The translations under genes and the position numbers were made by a program. 64,000 nt of DNA from Candidatus Minusculum obligatum. Lineage in GTDB: Bacteria > Patescibacteriota > Minisyncoccia > Phycocordibacterales > Phycocordibacteraceae. The DNA lies in assembly GCA_002331145.1 (NCBI GenBank), contig DCYT01000001.1, positions 287,697 through 351,696 of the forward strand, given 5' to 3'. Each line of letters starts with the position of its first letter. Within the stretch, counting starts at the first letter, position 1. Under the pieces are notes generated by a model that was not told the origin of the DNA, did not search any database, and saw only the letters and a list, made by a program, of their open reading frames with translations. Shown one piece after another: positions 1 to 8,443 of the stretch.

Positions 1-105
1 AATAGAAGAAAGCGCAACGTTTTTCTCACGTGCTTCTTTTTGTACTACGGCAGCATCTGCTTCCTTTAGTACTCCTTTCTTTACAAGTATTTCAAGTAAT
101 TTCAT
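1..105 (-). CDS. partial CDS (N-terminal 35 aa; gene continues left of window) resembling the N-terminal domain of GspE/PilB-type secretion ATPases
   Basis: ATG at 105 on minus strand translates MKLLEILVKKGVLKEADAAVVQKEAREKNVALSSI, similar to T2SSE_N-type N-termini; truncated by window edge. Confidence 0.35.
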   Translation of the reverse strand, partial: MKLLEILVKKGVLKEADAAVVQKEAREKNVALSSI

Positions 106-111
106 GCGGGA

Positions 112-414
112 CTACTGTACTGACGCGAACGGATTGTCGCGTCCTACAGGCTCCACAGATATTGGCCGACTGAAGTCTACAAGAGAATTGTAATATTCAT
201 CATCAAATATACTTGTATCAAGATCGATACGACGTAGCTCACTAAAGAGTGTGATGAATTCCTGATTCGCAGCCGTTACCCGCGGATCACTTTGTGACGT
301 AACAAGAGCTCCTCCACTGTTGCCATTTTGGAAGAAGAAAAGGTATGCAAGAACACCCAGAACGATAATTCCGATGGCAATAACTGTTGTTTGATTGTTT
401 TTGAAAAAGTCCAT
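112..414 (-). CDS. small N-terminally membrane-anchored protein, possible PilP-like pilus assembly component
   Basis: 100-aa ORF with ATG at 414; one N-terminal TM helix; lies immediately downstream of pilO in the pilMNO operon. Confidence 0.5.
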   Translation of the reverse strand: MDFFKNNQTTVIAIGIIVLGVLAYLFFFQNGNSGGALVTSQSDPRVTAANQEFITLFSELRRIDLDTSIFDDEYYNSLVDFSRPISVEPVGRDNPFASVQ

Positions 415-415
415 A

Positions 416-979
416 TTACTTTAACCAGTATACCCGAACGCGAACATCAAATTTGTACACGCCAGTTTCTGATTCTGAAAAACTAATTTCCACAACATCG
501 AGTGTTCGAAGACTCTGCTCAATGTCATTTAAGAAATTTTTAAATTGATCGTATGTTGCAGTTGCGGTAAATGACAGAAGAAGTGATTCATATGCTTTCT
601 CTTCCTGAATCAACACTCCCTGCCCGATAGCATCTCCACCATCACTTCCGCTCTTCTGGCTCTCATCAATACCAATGTCGCTAATTCGAACTCCTGCAGC
701 GCTCGCAATTCCATCTACATCAAGGATGAGCTGTACATTGTCTACATTGTCAGGAAGCAACTTCTTTACTCGATCAAGATTAGACTGATTAATAAGCTCT
801 CGCTCCTGCGTAAGCCGTGCTTGCTCTTCTTTGAACTTTGCAGCTGTCTCAAGAGCTACATCAAGATTCTTAATCTCAGCCTGTAGTCCCTTAATTGGGC
901 CATTGTATGTAGGGTTTATATACCCAAAGAACACACCAACTGCTCCAAGTATTAAGATGATTGATACAAGTCTGTTCAT
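416..979 (-). CDS. pilO: type IV pilus assembly protein PilO-like
   Basis: 187-aa ORF with N-terminal TM and coiled-coil; position after PilN-like gene; 4-bp overlap with pilN stop. Confidence 0.55.
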   Translation of the reverse strand: MNRLVSIILILGAVGVFFGYINPTYNGPIKGLQAEIKNLDVALETAAKFKEEQARLTQERELINQSNLDRVKKLLPDNVDNVQLILDVDGIASAAGVRISDIGIDESQKSGSDGGDAIGQGVLIQEEKAYESLLLSFTATATYDQFKNFLNDIEQSLRTLDVVEISFSESETGVYKFDVRVRVYWLK

Positions 980-1692
980 AGTGTTTCTTGAGGAATATCC
1001 TCTGGACTACTCTCCCCTCCCTCTAGCTGTGGCTCTTGAAATTCTCCACCGTCCTCAACCACATCTGACCCTTCAAAAAGAGTCTCGAGTGTCTCATTTG
1101 GCGCAACTTCAATTTGCCCACCTTGTGCCCGCACAAGAGTACTTGAGACAATTCCAACGAATGAGAAGCTCACATCTCCATCATCTTTTACAGTTATGTC
1201 TTCGAAGATTTGGTTTCGAAGGAACGGGTTGTCCCGAAATACTACTGACTGATATGCAAGTGCGTTGAAATCAAGAGCGGTTCCTTCCATGGTTATTTCC
1301 ACATCTCCAGATGGTGCAGTCTGCAATTCAAAATTATCAAAACTTACGTTCTGTACGGTATCGCGCTCAAACATGCTAAAGATTGCAGACACTGCTACAT
1401 GAGAATCAAGAAGCTCTCGAGAAATAACCAGACGCTGTGAGAGTCGCGCAAGCTCCTCTACAGCCTGTGGCTCTACAGAATCTTGAAGAGCCTTTAGGTC
1501 TTGTGTCTTCTCCTCTTTATTTTGCTTCAGGTAAAATTCGTATCCAAATGCAAGACCTGCAAGCACTACTGATGCACCAATAAGCACCAATGCTGCAACA
1601 GCAAAAATACTAAGTGGGCCTCGCGCTTGCGGTCGGCGTACTGTACGCACCGGTTGCTTGGGCACGAACGATGTCGGCACCTTCTGCGGCAT
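976..1692 (-). CDS. pilN: type IV pilus assembly protein PilN-like
   Basis: 238-aa ORF with short cytoplasmic N-terminus, single TM and periplasmic domain; follows pilM. Confidence 0.55.
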   Translation of the reverse strand: MPQKVPTSFVPKQPVRTVRRPQARGPLSIFAVAALVLIGASVVLAGLAFGYEFYLKQNKEEKTQDLKALQDSVEPQAVEELARLSQRLVISRELLDSHVAVSAIFSMFERDTVQNVSFDNFELQTAPSGDVEITMEGTALDFNALAYQSVVFRDNPFLRNQIFEDITVKDDGDVSFSFVGIVSSTLVRAQGGQIEVAPNETLETLFEGSDVVEDGGEFQEPQLEGGESSPEDIPQETL

Positions 1693-1742
1693 ATATGTAA
1701 GTATAGACGATTACTTTTAAATCCGTATGTACCTCCCGGGGA

Positions 1743-2822
1743 TTACGAAACTTCTTCAAGCTTTCGAAGTGCTACTCCAACTGCTACAGCGAACTCGGGG
1801 CCAATCTCAGCTAGCACTGGACGCATGAATGCAGGCGCATCTGCTTTTTGGAATGGATCTGCAAGAATAACTTCTGTATCAAAGAAGCTGTCTGCATACT
1901 CTTTAAGTCCTTTTGTTACTCCTCCCCCTCCGGTTAGCACTACTTTCACAACACTTCGCTTCTCTTTTGTCTCAAACTCTCTTAGCACCCTCCTGGCTTC
2001 TGCAAATACACTTGAATATGTAAGTGTTACGGAGTCTTTGTTATATGGCTTTGGTGCATTCTCTGAAATTCCCTCCTCTCGCTTTAGTTGCTCTGCCTTT
2101 GCAAAGGTTAGCGTACTTGCTTGAGAGAGTGCTTTTGTTACTCCCTGTCCTCCTCGAGAAATATTGTGTGAGCGAGCCACAAGTCCACGCTCTACTATAT
2201 ATACCTTTGTAGCTGCAGCTCCCACATCAATTACCATTACGGGCTTTACCGGCTCATCTACAACCGCTCGAATAGTAGAGAAGATCTCAATCTCATAGAA
2301 ACTTGCTGCAACTTGGGCACGAGACACTACCCGCTCAAGGTGTGTGAGTGCTTCATTGTGTACTGCCACGAGCAATACTTTCATCTTTGGATTTAACTCC
2401 TCTCCTTCCTCATCTGGAATAACAAACCAATCAAGCTGTACTTCAGAAACTGGTACCGGAATATACTTCCTGGCTTCAAGATTGATCATGGTTTGAAGCT
2501 CTGGCCCTTCTTTTCGAGGAAGCTCCACTGTTGTAAGGAGTGTTTTATTAAAAGGAATGGCAACACCAACTGATGTTGTTGTTACATTTGCCTCTCGCAT
2601 CAAATCTTTAAGATTCTCTGCAATAGTTTCAGCAGGCAAAGATACTGCCTGTCCGACCTCTTTATCTGCATAGGGGCCTAATGCTAATTGTCCGTATGTT
2701 TCGAGCACTGCAACACCATTTTCTTGCTTTAATTGCACAATTTTAACGGAAGATCCGCCAATATCTATTCCCAAAACACTGGGTGTTGGTTTTGTTAAAA
2801 ACCGAGAGAAAATTCCTGCCAT
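1743..2822 (-). CDS. pilM: type IV pilus assembly protein PilM (actin-like ATPase fold)
   Basis: VLGIDIGGSSVKIVQL actin/FtsA-like N-terminal motif; internal ATG at 2822 chosen (MAGIFSRF...); the 420-aa ORF-track extension to 3005 overlaps divergent comFC. Confidence 0.8.
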   Translation of the reverse strand: MAGIFSRFLTKPTPSVLGIDIGGSSVKIVQLKQENGVAVLETYGQLALGPYADKEVGQAVSLPAETIAENLKDLMREANVTTTSVGVAIPFNKTLLTTVELPRKEGPELQTMINLEARKYIPVPVSEVQLDWFVIPDEEGEELNPKMKVLLVAVHNEALTHLERVVSRAQVAASFYEIEIFSTIRAVVDEPVKPVMVIDVGAAATKVYIVERGLVARSHNISRGGQGVTKALSQASTLTFAKAEQLKREEGISENAPKPYNKDSVTLTYSSVFAEARRVLREFETKEKRSVVKVVLTGGGGVTKGLKEYADSFFDTEVILADPFQKADAPAFMRPVLAEIGPEFAVAVGVALRKLEEVS

Positions 2823-2839
2823 TACCAGCACATAATAGC

Positions 2840-3481
2840 ATGGCAAGGTATAATAAATATATGTGGAATATGATCTTAGACTTGATATTCCCTCCCAGAG
2901 ATGAAGATGTTCTGGTTCGTTCACTAGTGCCAGAAGATATAGATAAGATGATGTCCCCGAGACTCGTCGAGCACACGAGTCCTGCAACAATTTCCCTCCT
3001 GTCATTTAAGAGCCCGCATGTGCGGGCTTTAATACATGAGTGTAAATTCCATAATAATAAAAGAGCTGCAGAACTTCTTTCATATGCCCTGCACTCCTTT
3101 GTTCGCGAGTACATGCTGGAGCGAGTTGAGCTTGCAGGAGTACGGATGCTCCTAGCTCCCATCCCCCTCTCACTTATGAGATATAAAACACGTGGATACA
3201 ATCAGGTAGCAAATATAACAGAGCGTGTTGCAAAGAGTTGCTCTCTTCCTCACAGAGCAATCTTGGCAAAGATAAAAGATACAAAGTCTCAAGTTGATTT
3301 AAATAAAAAAGATAGACTTCGAAACCAGCAAGGAGCGTTTGCGTGCGAGAAGGTAAATAAAAATGCCACCTATATAGTTGTAGATGACGTTGTAACAACA
3401 GGAGCTACTATGGCAGCTGCTATTGAAGCTCTCAAGAAGGCAGGAGCAAAGCATGTGGTGCCTATTGCGCTTGCTCATTAG
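2840..3481 (+). CDS. comFC: ComF-family competence protein / phosphoribosyltransferase-domain protein
   Basis: C-terminal PRTase motif YIVVDDVVTTGATM; start approximate (MARYNKY at 2840 or MWNMIL at 2861); divergent from pilM. Confidence 0.7.
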   Translation: MARYNKYMWNMILDLIFPPRDEDVLVRSLVPEDIDKMMSPRLVEHTSPATISLLSFKSPHVRALIHECKFHNNKRAAELLSYALHSFVREYMLERVELAGVRMLLAPIPLSLMRYKTRGYNQVANITERVAKSCSLPHRAILAKIKDTKSQVDLNKKDRLRNQQGAFACEKVNKNATYIVVDDVVTTGATMAAAIEALKKAGAKHVVPIALAH

Positions 3482-3519
3482 CAACTACGTAGTTAATTAC
3501 GTAATTAACTACGTAGTTG
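3482..3519. repeat. 38-bp perfect palindrome CAACTACGTAGTTAATTACGTAATTAACTACGTAGTTG (three abutting 12-bp dyads); copy 1 of 3
   Basis: Read directly; starts immediately after the comFC TAG stop; identical copies at 45560..45595 and 63253..63290. Confidence 0.9.
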
Positions 3520-3566
3520 TGTTTGGTGCTTTGTTTTGATAATTTGCAGACAGAAGGAGAATTGCA

Positions 3567-4133
3567 ATGAAGACACTTCTTTATGCTACCGGAAATCCAG
3601 GCAAAGTGGATTCTTTGCAAAGTGTTCTTGGTTCAGAATTTCACATTGATCAAATTGAGCTCGATCTAATTGAGCCTCAGCTTGATTCAGTCGATGAAAT
3701 TGCAAGAGACAAGGCACGCCAGGCATTTTCACAAACGAAAAAGCCTGTAGCTGTACAAGACTCTGGCTTTGTTATTCCAAGCCTTGGAGGCTTTCCTGGC
3801 CCATATACCAAATATGTTCTTGGAACAATAGGTGTTGAAAGAATTTTGAGACTTGTTGGAGAAGAAAGATACTGTTTCTTTCATGAATGTCTTGCATACG
3901 CTGACGAAACAGGTGTTCATTTATTTCAGACGCACATACCTGGCTCTCTCACGAGAACAGTGCAGGGCCCAGCAAAAGAGCGCGAATCAAGTGCTCTGTG
4001 GCGAGTGTTTGTTCCTACTGGACAAAGAAAGACGATCTCTGAGATGAGTGACTCTGAGAGAGTTCATTGGAGACAGTCTGGATCCACTGACCACTATGGC
4101 GTACAACTTGCCAGGTGGTTAAGTGAAGAATAA
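3567..4133 (+). CDS. non-canonical purine NTP pyrophosphatase (Ham1/RdgB/ITPase family)
   Basis: N-terminal ATGNPGKV motif typical of RdgB/Ham1; AAGGAGA RBS 7 nt upstream of ATG. Confidence 0.8.
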   Translation: MKTLLYATGNPGKVDSLQSVLGSEFHIDQIELDLIEPQLDSVDEIARDKARQAFSQTKKPVAVQDSGFVIPSLGGFPGPYTKYVLGTIGVERILRLVGEERYCFFHECLAYADETGVHLFQTHIPGSLTRTVQGPAKERESSALWRVFVPTGQRKTISEMSDSERVHWRQSGSTDHYGVQLARWLSEE

Positions 4134-4138
4134 AAAAA

Positions 4139-4167
4139 GGCGGTCATTTTGATGATCGCCTTTTCTC
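4139..4167. terminator. bidirectional intrinsic terminator
   Basis: GGCGGTCAT-ttttg-ATGATCGCC stem flanked by A-run upstream and TTTTCTC downstream; serves the Ham1 gene (+) and tRNA-Ser (-). Confidence 0.7.
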
Positions 4168-4174
4168 TATAATG

Positions 4175-4261
4175 CGGAGAGTATGGGATTCGAACCCATG
4201 AAGGGGGTTAGCCCTTACTTCGTTAGCAGTGAAGCGCCTTCGACCACTCGGCCAACTCTCC
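4175..4261 (-). tRNA. tRNA-Ser (anticodon GCU), long variable arm
   Basis: Minus-strand GGAGAGTTGGCCGAGTGGTCGAAGGCGCTTCACTGCTAACGAAGT...GGGTTCGAATCCCATACTCTCCG; 7-bp acceptor stem, GGTTCGAATCC T-loop, anticodon loop ACTGCTA. Confidence 0.85.
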
Positions 4262-4276
4262 AGTTACGACACCTTA

Positions 4277-5419
4277 TCATTTCTGTACTGCTTTTGCTAC
4301 GGCTTTAACTACCCGTTTATCAAGCAATTCAGGCAGTATTTGATCCTTGCTTGGGCTCTTAATAAGCCTTGCAAGAGCTTCTGCAACATTCAGTTTTATA
4401 TCTTCTGTTATGTCAGTGATTCCAGCGTCTAGTGCACCCCTGAAAATACCTGGGAATGCTAGTGCATTGTTTACCTGATTCTTAAAATCAGATCTTCCTG
4501 TTGCCACAACTGCAGCTCCTGCTTTGTACGCATCATCCGGAAGTATCTCAGGATTAGGATTGGCAAGCGCAAAGACAATTGGCTTCTCTGCCATTTTTTT
4601 AATATCTCTTTTACCAAACTTTCCCCCTTTTCCTGCAACTCCAATTACAACATCAGCTCCTTCTATTACACCTGACAGAGCTCCACTCTTTTTCTTTTTA
4701 TTTGTTTTCTTTGCAAGAGCTTCCTTATACGGACTTAGCTTTTCCCTTCCTTTATAGATTGCTCCGACACTATCGAGTACCACAACATCTCCTACACCTT
4801 TGTGCATGAGAAGATCTGCGATAGCAGCTCCTGCAGCTCCTGCTCCTACAATTACAATCTCCAAGTCCCCCAACTTCTTCTTTACTACCTTAGAAGCATT
4901 TATAAGCCCTGCGAGCACAACAATTGCTGTCCCATGCTGGTCATCATGCATCACGGGAATATCTAAAGCTTTATTCACTCTCTTCTCAATATCAAAACAC
5001 TGTGGAGCTTTAATATCCTCAAGATTAATTCCTCCAAATACTGGGGCAATGTTCTTTATTGTCTCCACAATCTCATCAGGATCCTGCGTATCTAAGACAA
5101 TAGGAAATGCATCTACCCCTGCAAGATCTTTAAAGATAAGTGCCTTCCCTTCCATAACAGGAAGAGCACCATATGGTCCAATATTCCCAAGACCAAGTAC
5201 CGCCGAACCATCTGAGATAACAGCAACAGTATTCTTTTTAATAGTGTAGTTCTTTGCTTCCTTTTCTTTCTTTGCCAAAAGACTTGAGACAGCTGCAACT
5301 CCTGGAGTGTAGTACAAAGAGAAATCAGACTGTTTTGTAAGAGATACTTTCCCTGCAATTCCTATCTTTCCTCCAGCTTTTTTGTGCGCTTTCAGTGCCT
5401 TTTCTTTAATATCTTTCAT
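4277..5419 (-). CDS. NAD(P)-dependent malic enzyme (short form)
   Basis: AVISDGSAVLGLGNIGPYGALPVMEGK and GAGAAGAA Rossmann motifs; start set at MKDIKEK (ATG 5419), not the 446-aa ORF extension. Confidence 0.85.
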   Translation of the reverse strand: MKDIKEKALKAHKKAGGKIGIAGKVSLTKQSDFSLYYTPGVAAVSSLLAKKEKEAKNYTIKKNTVAVISDGSAVLGLGNIGPYGALPVMEGKALIFKDLAGVDAFPIVLDTQDPDEIVETIKNIAPVFGGINLEDIKAPQCFDIEKRVNKALDIPVMHDDQHGTAIVVLAGLINASKVVKKKLGDLEIVIVGAGAAGAAIADLLMHKGVGDVVVLDSVGAIYKGREKLSPYKEALAKKTNKKKKSGALSGVIEGADVVIGVAGKGGKFGKRDIKKMAEKPIVFALANPNPEILPDDAYKAGAAVVATGRSDFKNQVNNALAFPGIFRGALDAGITDITEDIKLNVAEALARLIKSPSKDQILPELLDKRVVKAVAKAVQK

Positions 5420-5452
5420 ACAGGTATACTTGAATAGATAGCAGTGTAACCC

Positions 5453-7612
5453 ATGAATCCAAACGACCCAATTAAAAGCATTTCTCCTCGAATGACAGAG
5501 GCCAAACAAAAGGCACTGAAGCGTCTTGGCATAGAGAGTTTGCAAGATCTTCTCTATCATTTCCCTAGTCGCTATGAAAATACAGGAGAGCTCGCAACTA
5601 TTAAAAGCGTAAACCAAGGAGAGAGCGCAACCGTATACGGACGAATTAAGTCCGCAAAGACCGGAAAGACTTTTAAAACAAGAAAACCAATAGCAGAAGC
5701 TGTTATTGAAGATGGAACAGGAACCATAAAAGCACGCTGGTTTAGCCAGCCATATATTGCAAAGATGTTAGCTCCCGGAATGAATGTAAAAGTAGTTGGG
5801 AAAGTAACAGGGAGCGAAGGAAAATACTATCTTGCCAATCCAAAAATTGAACCAATTGAAACTCTCCCTGCTGACACACACGACTCACTCTTTGCAGGAG
5901 AGCGTGAAGAAGAAATTCTCTACCCCATCTATCCTGAGAGCAAAGGAGTTACATCCCTTTGGATTTTCCATAGTATTAAAAAAATAATAGCTGGCGGAGT
6001 ACTCGAGAAACTAACTGACCCAATACCGGATGCGCTCCTAAAGAAATACAACCTTCCAAAACTAGACTCTTCTCTCATCTGGATGCACATGCCACAAAAG
6101 ATTGAGCAAGCTCAAGCTGCGAGAAAGCGCCTAGCATTTGAAGAAGTATTCTTGATTCAAACTCTTATGCAAAAGAGCAAGAAGGAGGCAGAAGAACAAG
6201 AAGCATTGCCTGTAGATGTAAATAGAGAGAGCTTACAATCCTTTATAGATTCATTCCCTTTTACACCAACTGATGCGCAGACAAACGCTATAGACGATAT
6301 CGTTGATGACTTTGCAAAGAATCACCCCATGATGCGGCTTGTTGAGGGAGATGTAGGATCTGGAAAGACAGCGGTTGCTGCTGCAACAACCTATATGGTT
6401 GCAACCTCACGACCCAAAGGACAGTCCTTTGGAAACCTTCAAGTTGCCTACATGGTGCCAACTGAAATCCTGGCAAAGCAACATTTCAAATCATTTATTG
6501 AATACTTTAAGGACCACCCAATAAAAATTGGACTCATTACAGGAAAGGAATGCTACAAGTTCCCTTCTAAGGTAAATAACGAAGAAGCTACTCGTATTTC
6601 AAAAGCTCAGCTCTCTAAGTGGGTAGAAAATGGAGAAATTCCTATTGTCATTGGAACGCACGCACTTATTCAAAAGAGTGTGAAATTTAAAAACCTTGCC
6701 TACGCCATTATTGATGAACAACATCGCTTTGGAAAAGTGCAGCGACAAAAGATCACAAGGAAAGATAAAGTTGCTCCGCACTTACTTTCAATGACAGCCA
6801 CCCCTATTCCCCGAACACTAGCGCTTACCATCTATGGAGACCTCGATCTTACGCTTATTGATCAGATGCCAATGGGAAGAAAACCCATCATTACAGAGGT
6901 AATTGGAAAAGATGGCAGAGATGCAATGTATGAAAAAGTTCGCAAGCAATTAGAAGACGGCAGACAAGCATACGTTATATGCCCTCGTATTGATGAGCCA
7001 GACCCAAGTAAAGAAACAGCGCTTCAGGCAAAATCTGTGAAAGCAGAATGTGCACGTCTTCATAAAGAAGTCTTTCCTGAATACAACATAGACATTTTGC
7101 ACAGCAAGATGTCTCCTGCAGAGAAGGAAGAGACCATGGCTCGTTTTGAAAGAAAAGAGGTTGATATTCTTGTTGCTACTTCTGTAGTTGAGGTTGGAGT
7201 AAATGTACCTAACGCAACTGTAATTATTATTGAAGGAGCTGAGCGCTTTGGATTAGCGCAGCTTCATCAATTACGAGGGCGTGTAATCAGGTCAAACCAC
7301 CAAGCATACTGCTACGTATATCCTGAAAGCTATGGCCCGACCACTGAAGAGCGCCTTAAAGCTCTTACAACCGCAAAGAACGGATTTGAATTAGCTGAAT
7401 ATGATTTGGGTATTCGTGGAGGTGGAGAATTGTACGGAAGACGACAATGGGGAGTATCTGATGTTGCCATGGAAGCAATTAAAAACTTGAAGATGGTAGA
7501 GGCAGCAAGGAAAGAAGCAAAGGCAATTATCAAAAAGGATCCTGAGTTAAAGAAGCACGCTACCCTACAACAATATATAGAAGGAAAGGCTGAAGACTTA
7601 CATTTTGAATAA
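5453..7612 (+). CDS. recG: ATP-dependent DNA helicase RecG
   Basis: GDVGSGKT Walker A, DEQHRFG, TATPIPRT helicase motifs; N-terminal HFPSRYEN typical of RecG. Confidence 0.9.
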   Translation: MNPNDPIKSISPRMTEAKQKALKRLGIESLQDLLYHFPSRYENTGELATIKSVNQGESATVYGRIKSAKTGKTFKTRKPIAEAVIEDGTGTIKARWFSQPYIAKMLAPGMNVKVVGKVTGSEGKYYLANPKIEPIETLPADTHDSLFAGEREEEILYPIYPESKGVTSLWIFHSIKKIIAGGVLEKLTDPIPDALLKKYNLPKLDSSLIWMHMPQKIEQAQAARKRLAFEEVFLIQTLMQKSKKEAEEQEALPVDVNRESLQSFIDSFPFTPTDAQTNAIDDIVDDFAKNHPMMRLVEGDVGSGKTAVAAATTYMVATSRPKGQSFGNLQVAYMVPTEILAKQHFKSFIEYFKDHPIKIGLITGKECYKFPSKVNNEEATRISKAQLSKWVENGEIPIVIGTHALIQKSVKFKNLAYAIIDEQHRFGKVQRQKITRKDKVAPHLLSMTATPIPRTLALTIYGDLDLTLIDQMPMGRKPIITEVIGKDGRDAMYEKVRKQLEDGRQAYVICPRIDEPDPSKETALQAKSVKAECARLHKEVFPEYNIDILHSKMSPAEKEETMARFERKEVDILVATSVVEVGVNVPNATVIIIEGAERFGLAQLHQLRGRVIRSNHQAYCYVYPESYGPTTEERLKALTTAKNGFELAEYDLGIRGGGELYGRRQWGVSDVAMEAIKNLKMVEAARKEAKAIIKKDPELKKHATLQQYIEGKAEDLHFE

Positions 7613-7645
7613 TTCTTTGCTAGGGTCTTTGCAGGAGGAGTAATC

Positions 7646-7819
7646 ATGAAAAACTTGTTCTTTGGAGTAATTGAAAGACTCTGGATTGGAGCAGTGCTCC
7701 TCTACCAAGTCTTCATCGCAATTCCTTTTGTTTTCTGGGAGACTTTTGTAAGACTCTTTCGTGCTGCGAAAGTCTTGCTGCGTTTTTTTATCGTAGCCCC
7801 CTTCTTGCAGCGTGGGTGA
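7646..7819 (+). CDS. small hydrophobic protein (57 aa)
   Basis: AGGAGG RBS 6 nt upstream of ATG 7646; MKNLFFGVIERLWIGAVLLYQVFIAIPFVFW...; too short for the ORF track. Confidence 0.35.
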   Translation: MKNLFFGVIERLWIGAVLLYQVFIAIPFVFWETFVRLFRAAKVLLRFFIVAPFLQRG

Positions 7820-8055
7820 TCGTCAGAAGCCCTCGAAATAAGAAGGTGGAGCGACTTCTTGCCTGGCATCTTGCCCGGGCAGATCGTTTTGGACGAAAAC
7901 TAAGCGATGTGCAGAAGCAACGCTTACAACAATTTCTTGAAGCAAGGATTCTTCAAGAAGTGAAACGTGGTTTCGTTATCGAGAATCAGATGATCAAGTG
8001 GGAAACCATTTTTCTTGATCTAGTTCCCAGAAAAGACTTGGAGGTCCGCACATAG
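7816..8055 (+). CDS. hypothetical basic protein (79 aa), GTG start overlapping the upstream stop (GTGA)
   Basis: ORF-track ORF; ends inside the hairpin of the terminator at 8041..8074; no recognisable family. Confidence 0.3.
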   Translation: MIVRSPRNKKVERLLAWHLARADRFGRKLSDVQKQRLQQFLEARILQEVKRGFVIENQMIKWETIFLDLVPRKDLEVRT

Positions 8056-8074
8056 CGGACCTCTTTCTTTTTGA
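8041..8074 (+). terminator. intrinsic terminator
   Basis: GGAGGTCCGC-acata-GCGGACCTC followed by TTTCTTTTT. Confidence 0.65.
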
Positions 8075-8092
8075 GTATAGTATGGAGGTTCA

Positions 8093-8165
8093 CCACCCAT
8101 AGCTCAGCGGTAGTAGCACCGAGCTTATACCTCGGCGGTCCCAGGTTCGATCCCTGGTGGGTGGA
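8093..8165 (+). tRNA. tRNA with anticodon UAU (formally tRNA-Ile2 reading AUA); C1-G72, discriminator A
   Basis: CCACCCA|TA|GCTC..AGCGGTAG..|CCGAG CTTATAC CTCGG|CGGTC|CCAGG TTCGATC CCTGG|TGGGTGG A; cloverleaf folds cleanly by eye; anticodon loop C-U-UAU-A-C. Confidence 0.75.
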
Positions 8166-8217
8166 CACGATATAGCTTAAGTGGTATAATATATATAGGT
8201 AGTTAAGGAAACGACCC

Positions 8218-8418
8218 ATGGAGTATTCTCCTCTTTTGGTGCCGTTCCTTCAGTTGCTCGGCATCGTAGTTTTACTGGCGCTAGCCTTTGGACTAACACT
8301 GCTATTCATCTCCGCAGGCTATGGAGAAAAGAAGAGTGATGTTATCGATGTTGAGTTCACCGAGGTTCCGCCTCAAAAACCTTATGAATCCGGCAGTATA
8401 GTCGACAAAAAGGCCTGA
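8218..8418 (+). CDS. small membrane protein (66 aa)
   Basis: TGGTATAAT extended -10 about 30 nt upstream; one TM helix; followed by the terminator at 8411..8443. Confidence 0.45.
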   Translation: MEYSPLLVPFLQLLGIVVLLALAFGLTLLFISAGYGEKKSDVIDVEFTEVPPQKPYESGSIVDKKA

Positions 8419-8443
8419 ACAATTTTTGTTCAGGCCTTTTCCT
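8411..8443. terminator. bidirectional intrinsic terminator shared by the small (+) gene and ftsH (-)
   Basis: AGGCCTGAACA-atttt-TGTTCAGGCCT with flanking A/T runs on both sides. Confidence 0.7.

Noticed and set aside
1743-3005. 420-aa ORF-track version of pilM with a 61-codon N-terminal extension
   Set aside because: The extension overlaps the divergent comFC gene and has no PilM-like sequence. The actin-like VLGIDIGG motif begins right after the internal ATG at 2822.
4277-5617. 446-aa ORF-track version of the malic enzyme gene; also ORFs 4229..4432, 4524..4757, 4800..5249 and 5113..5358
   Set aside because: The N-terminal 66 codons run into recG and its start region with no similarity. The true start is at MKDIKEK (5419). 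The others are antisense or shadow ORFs inside a well-supported CDS.
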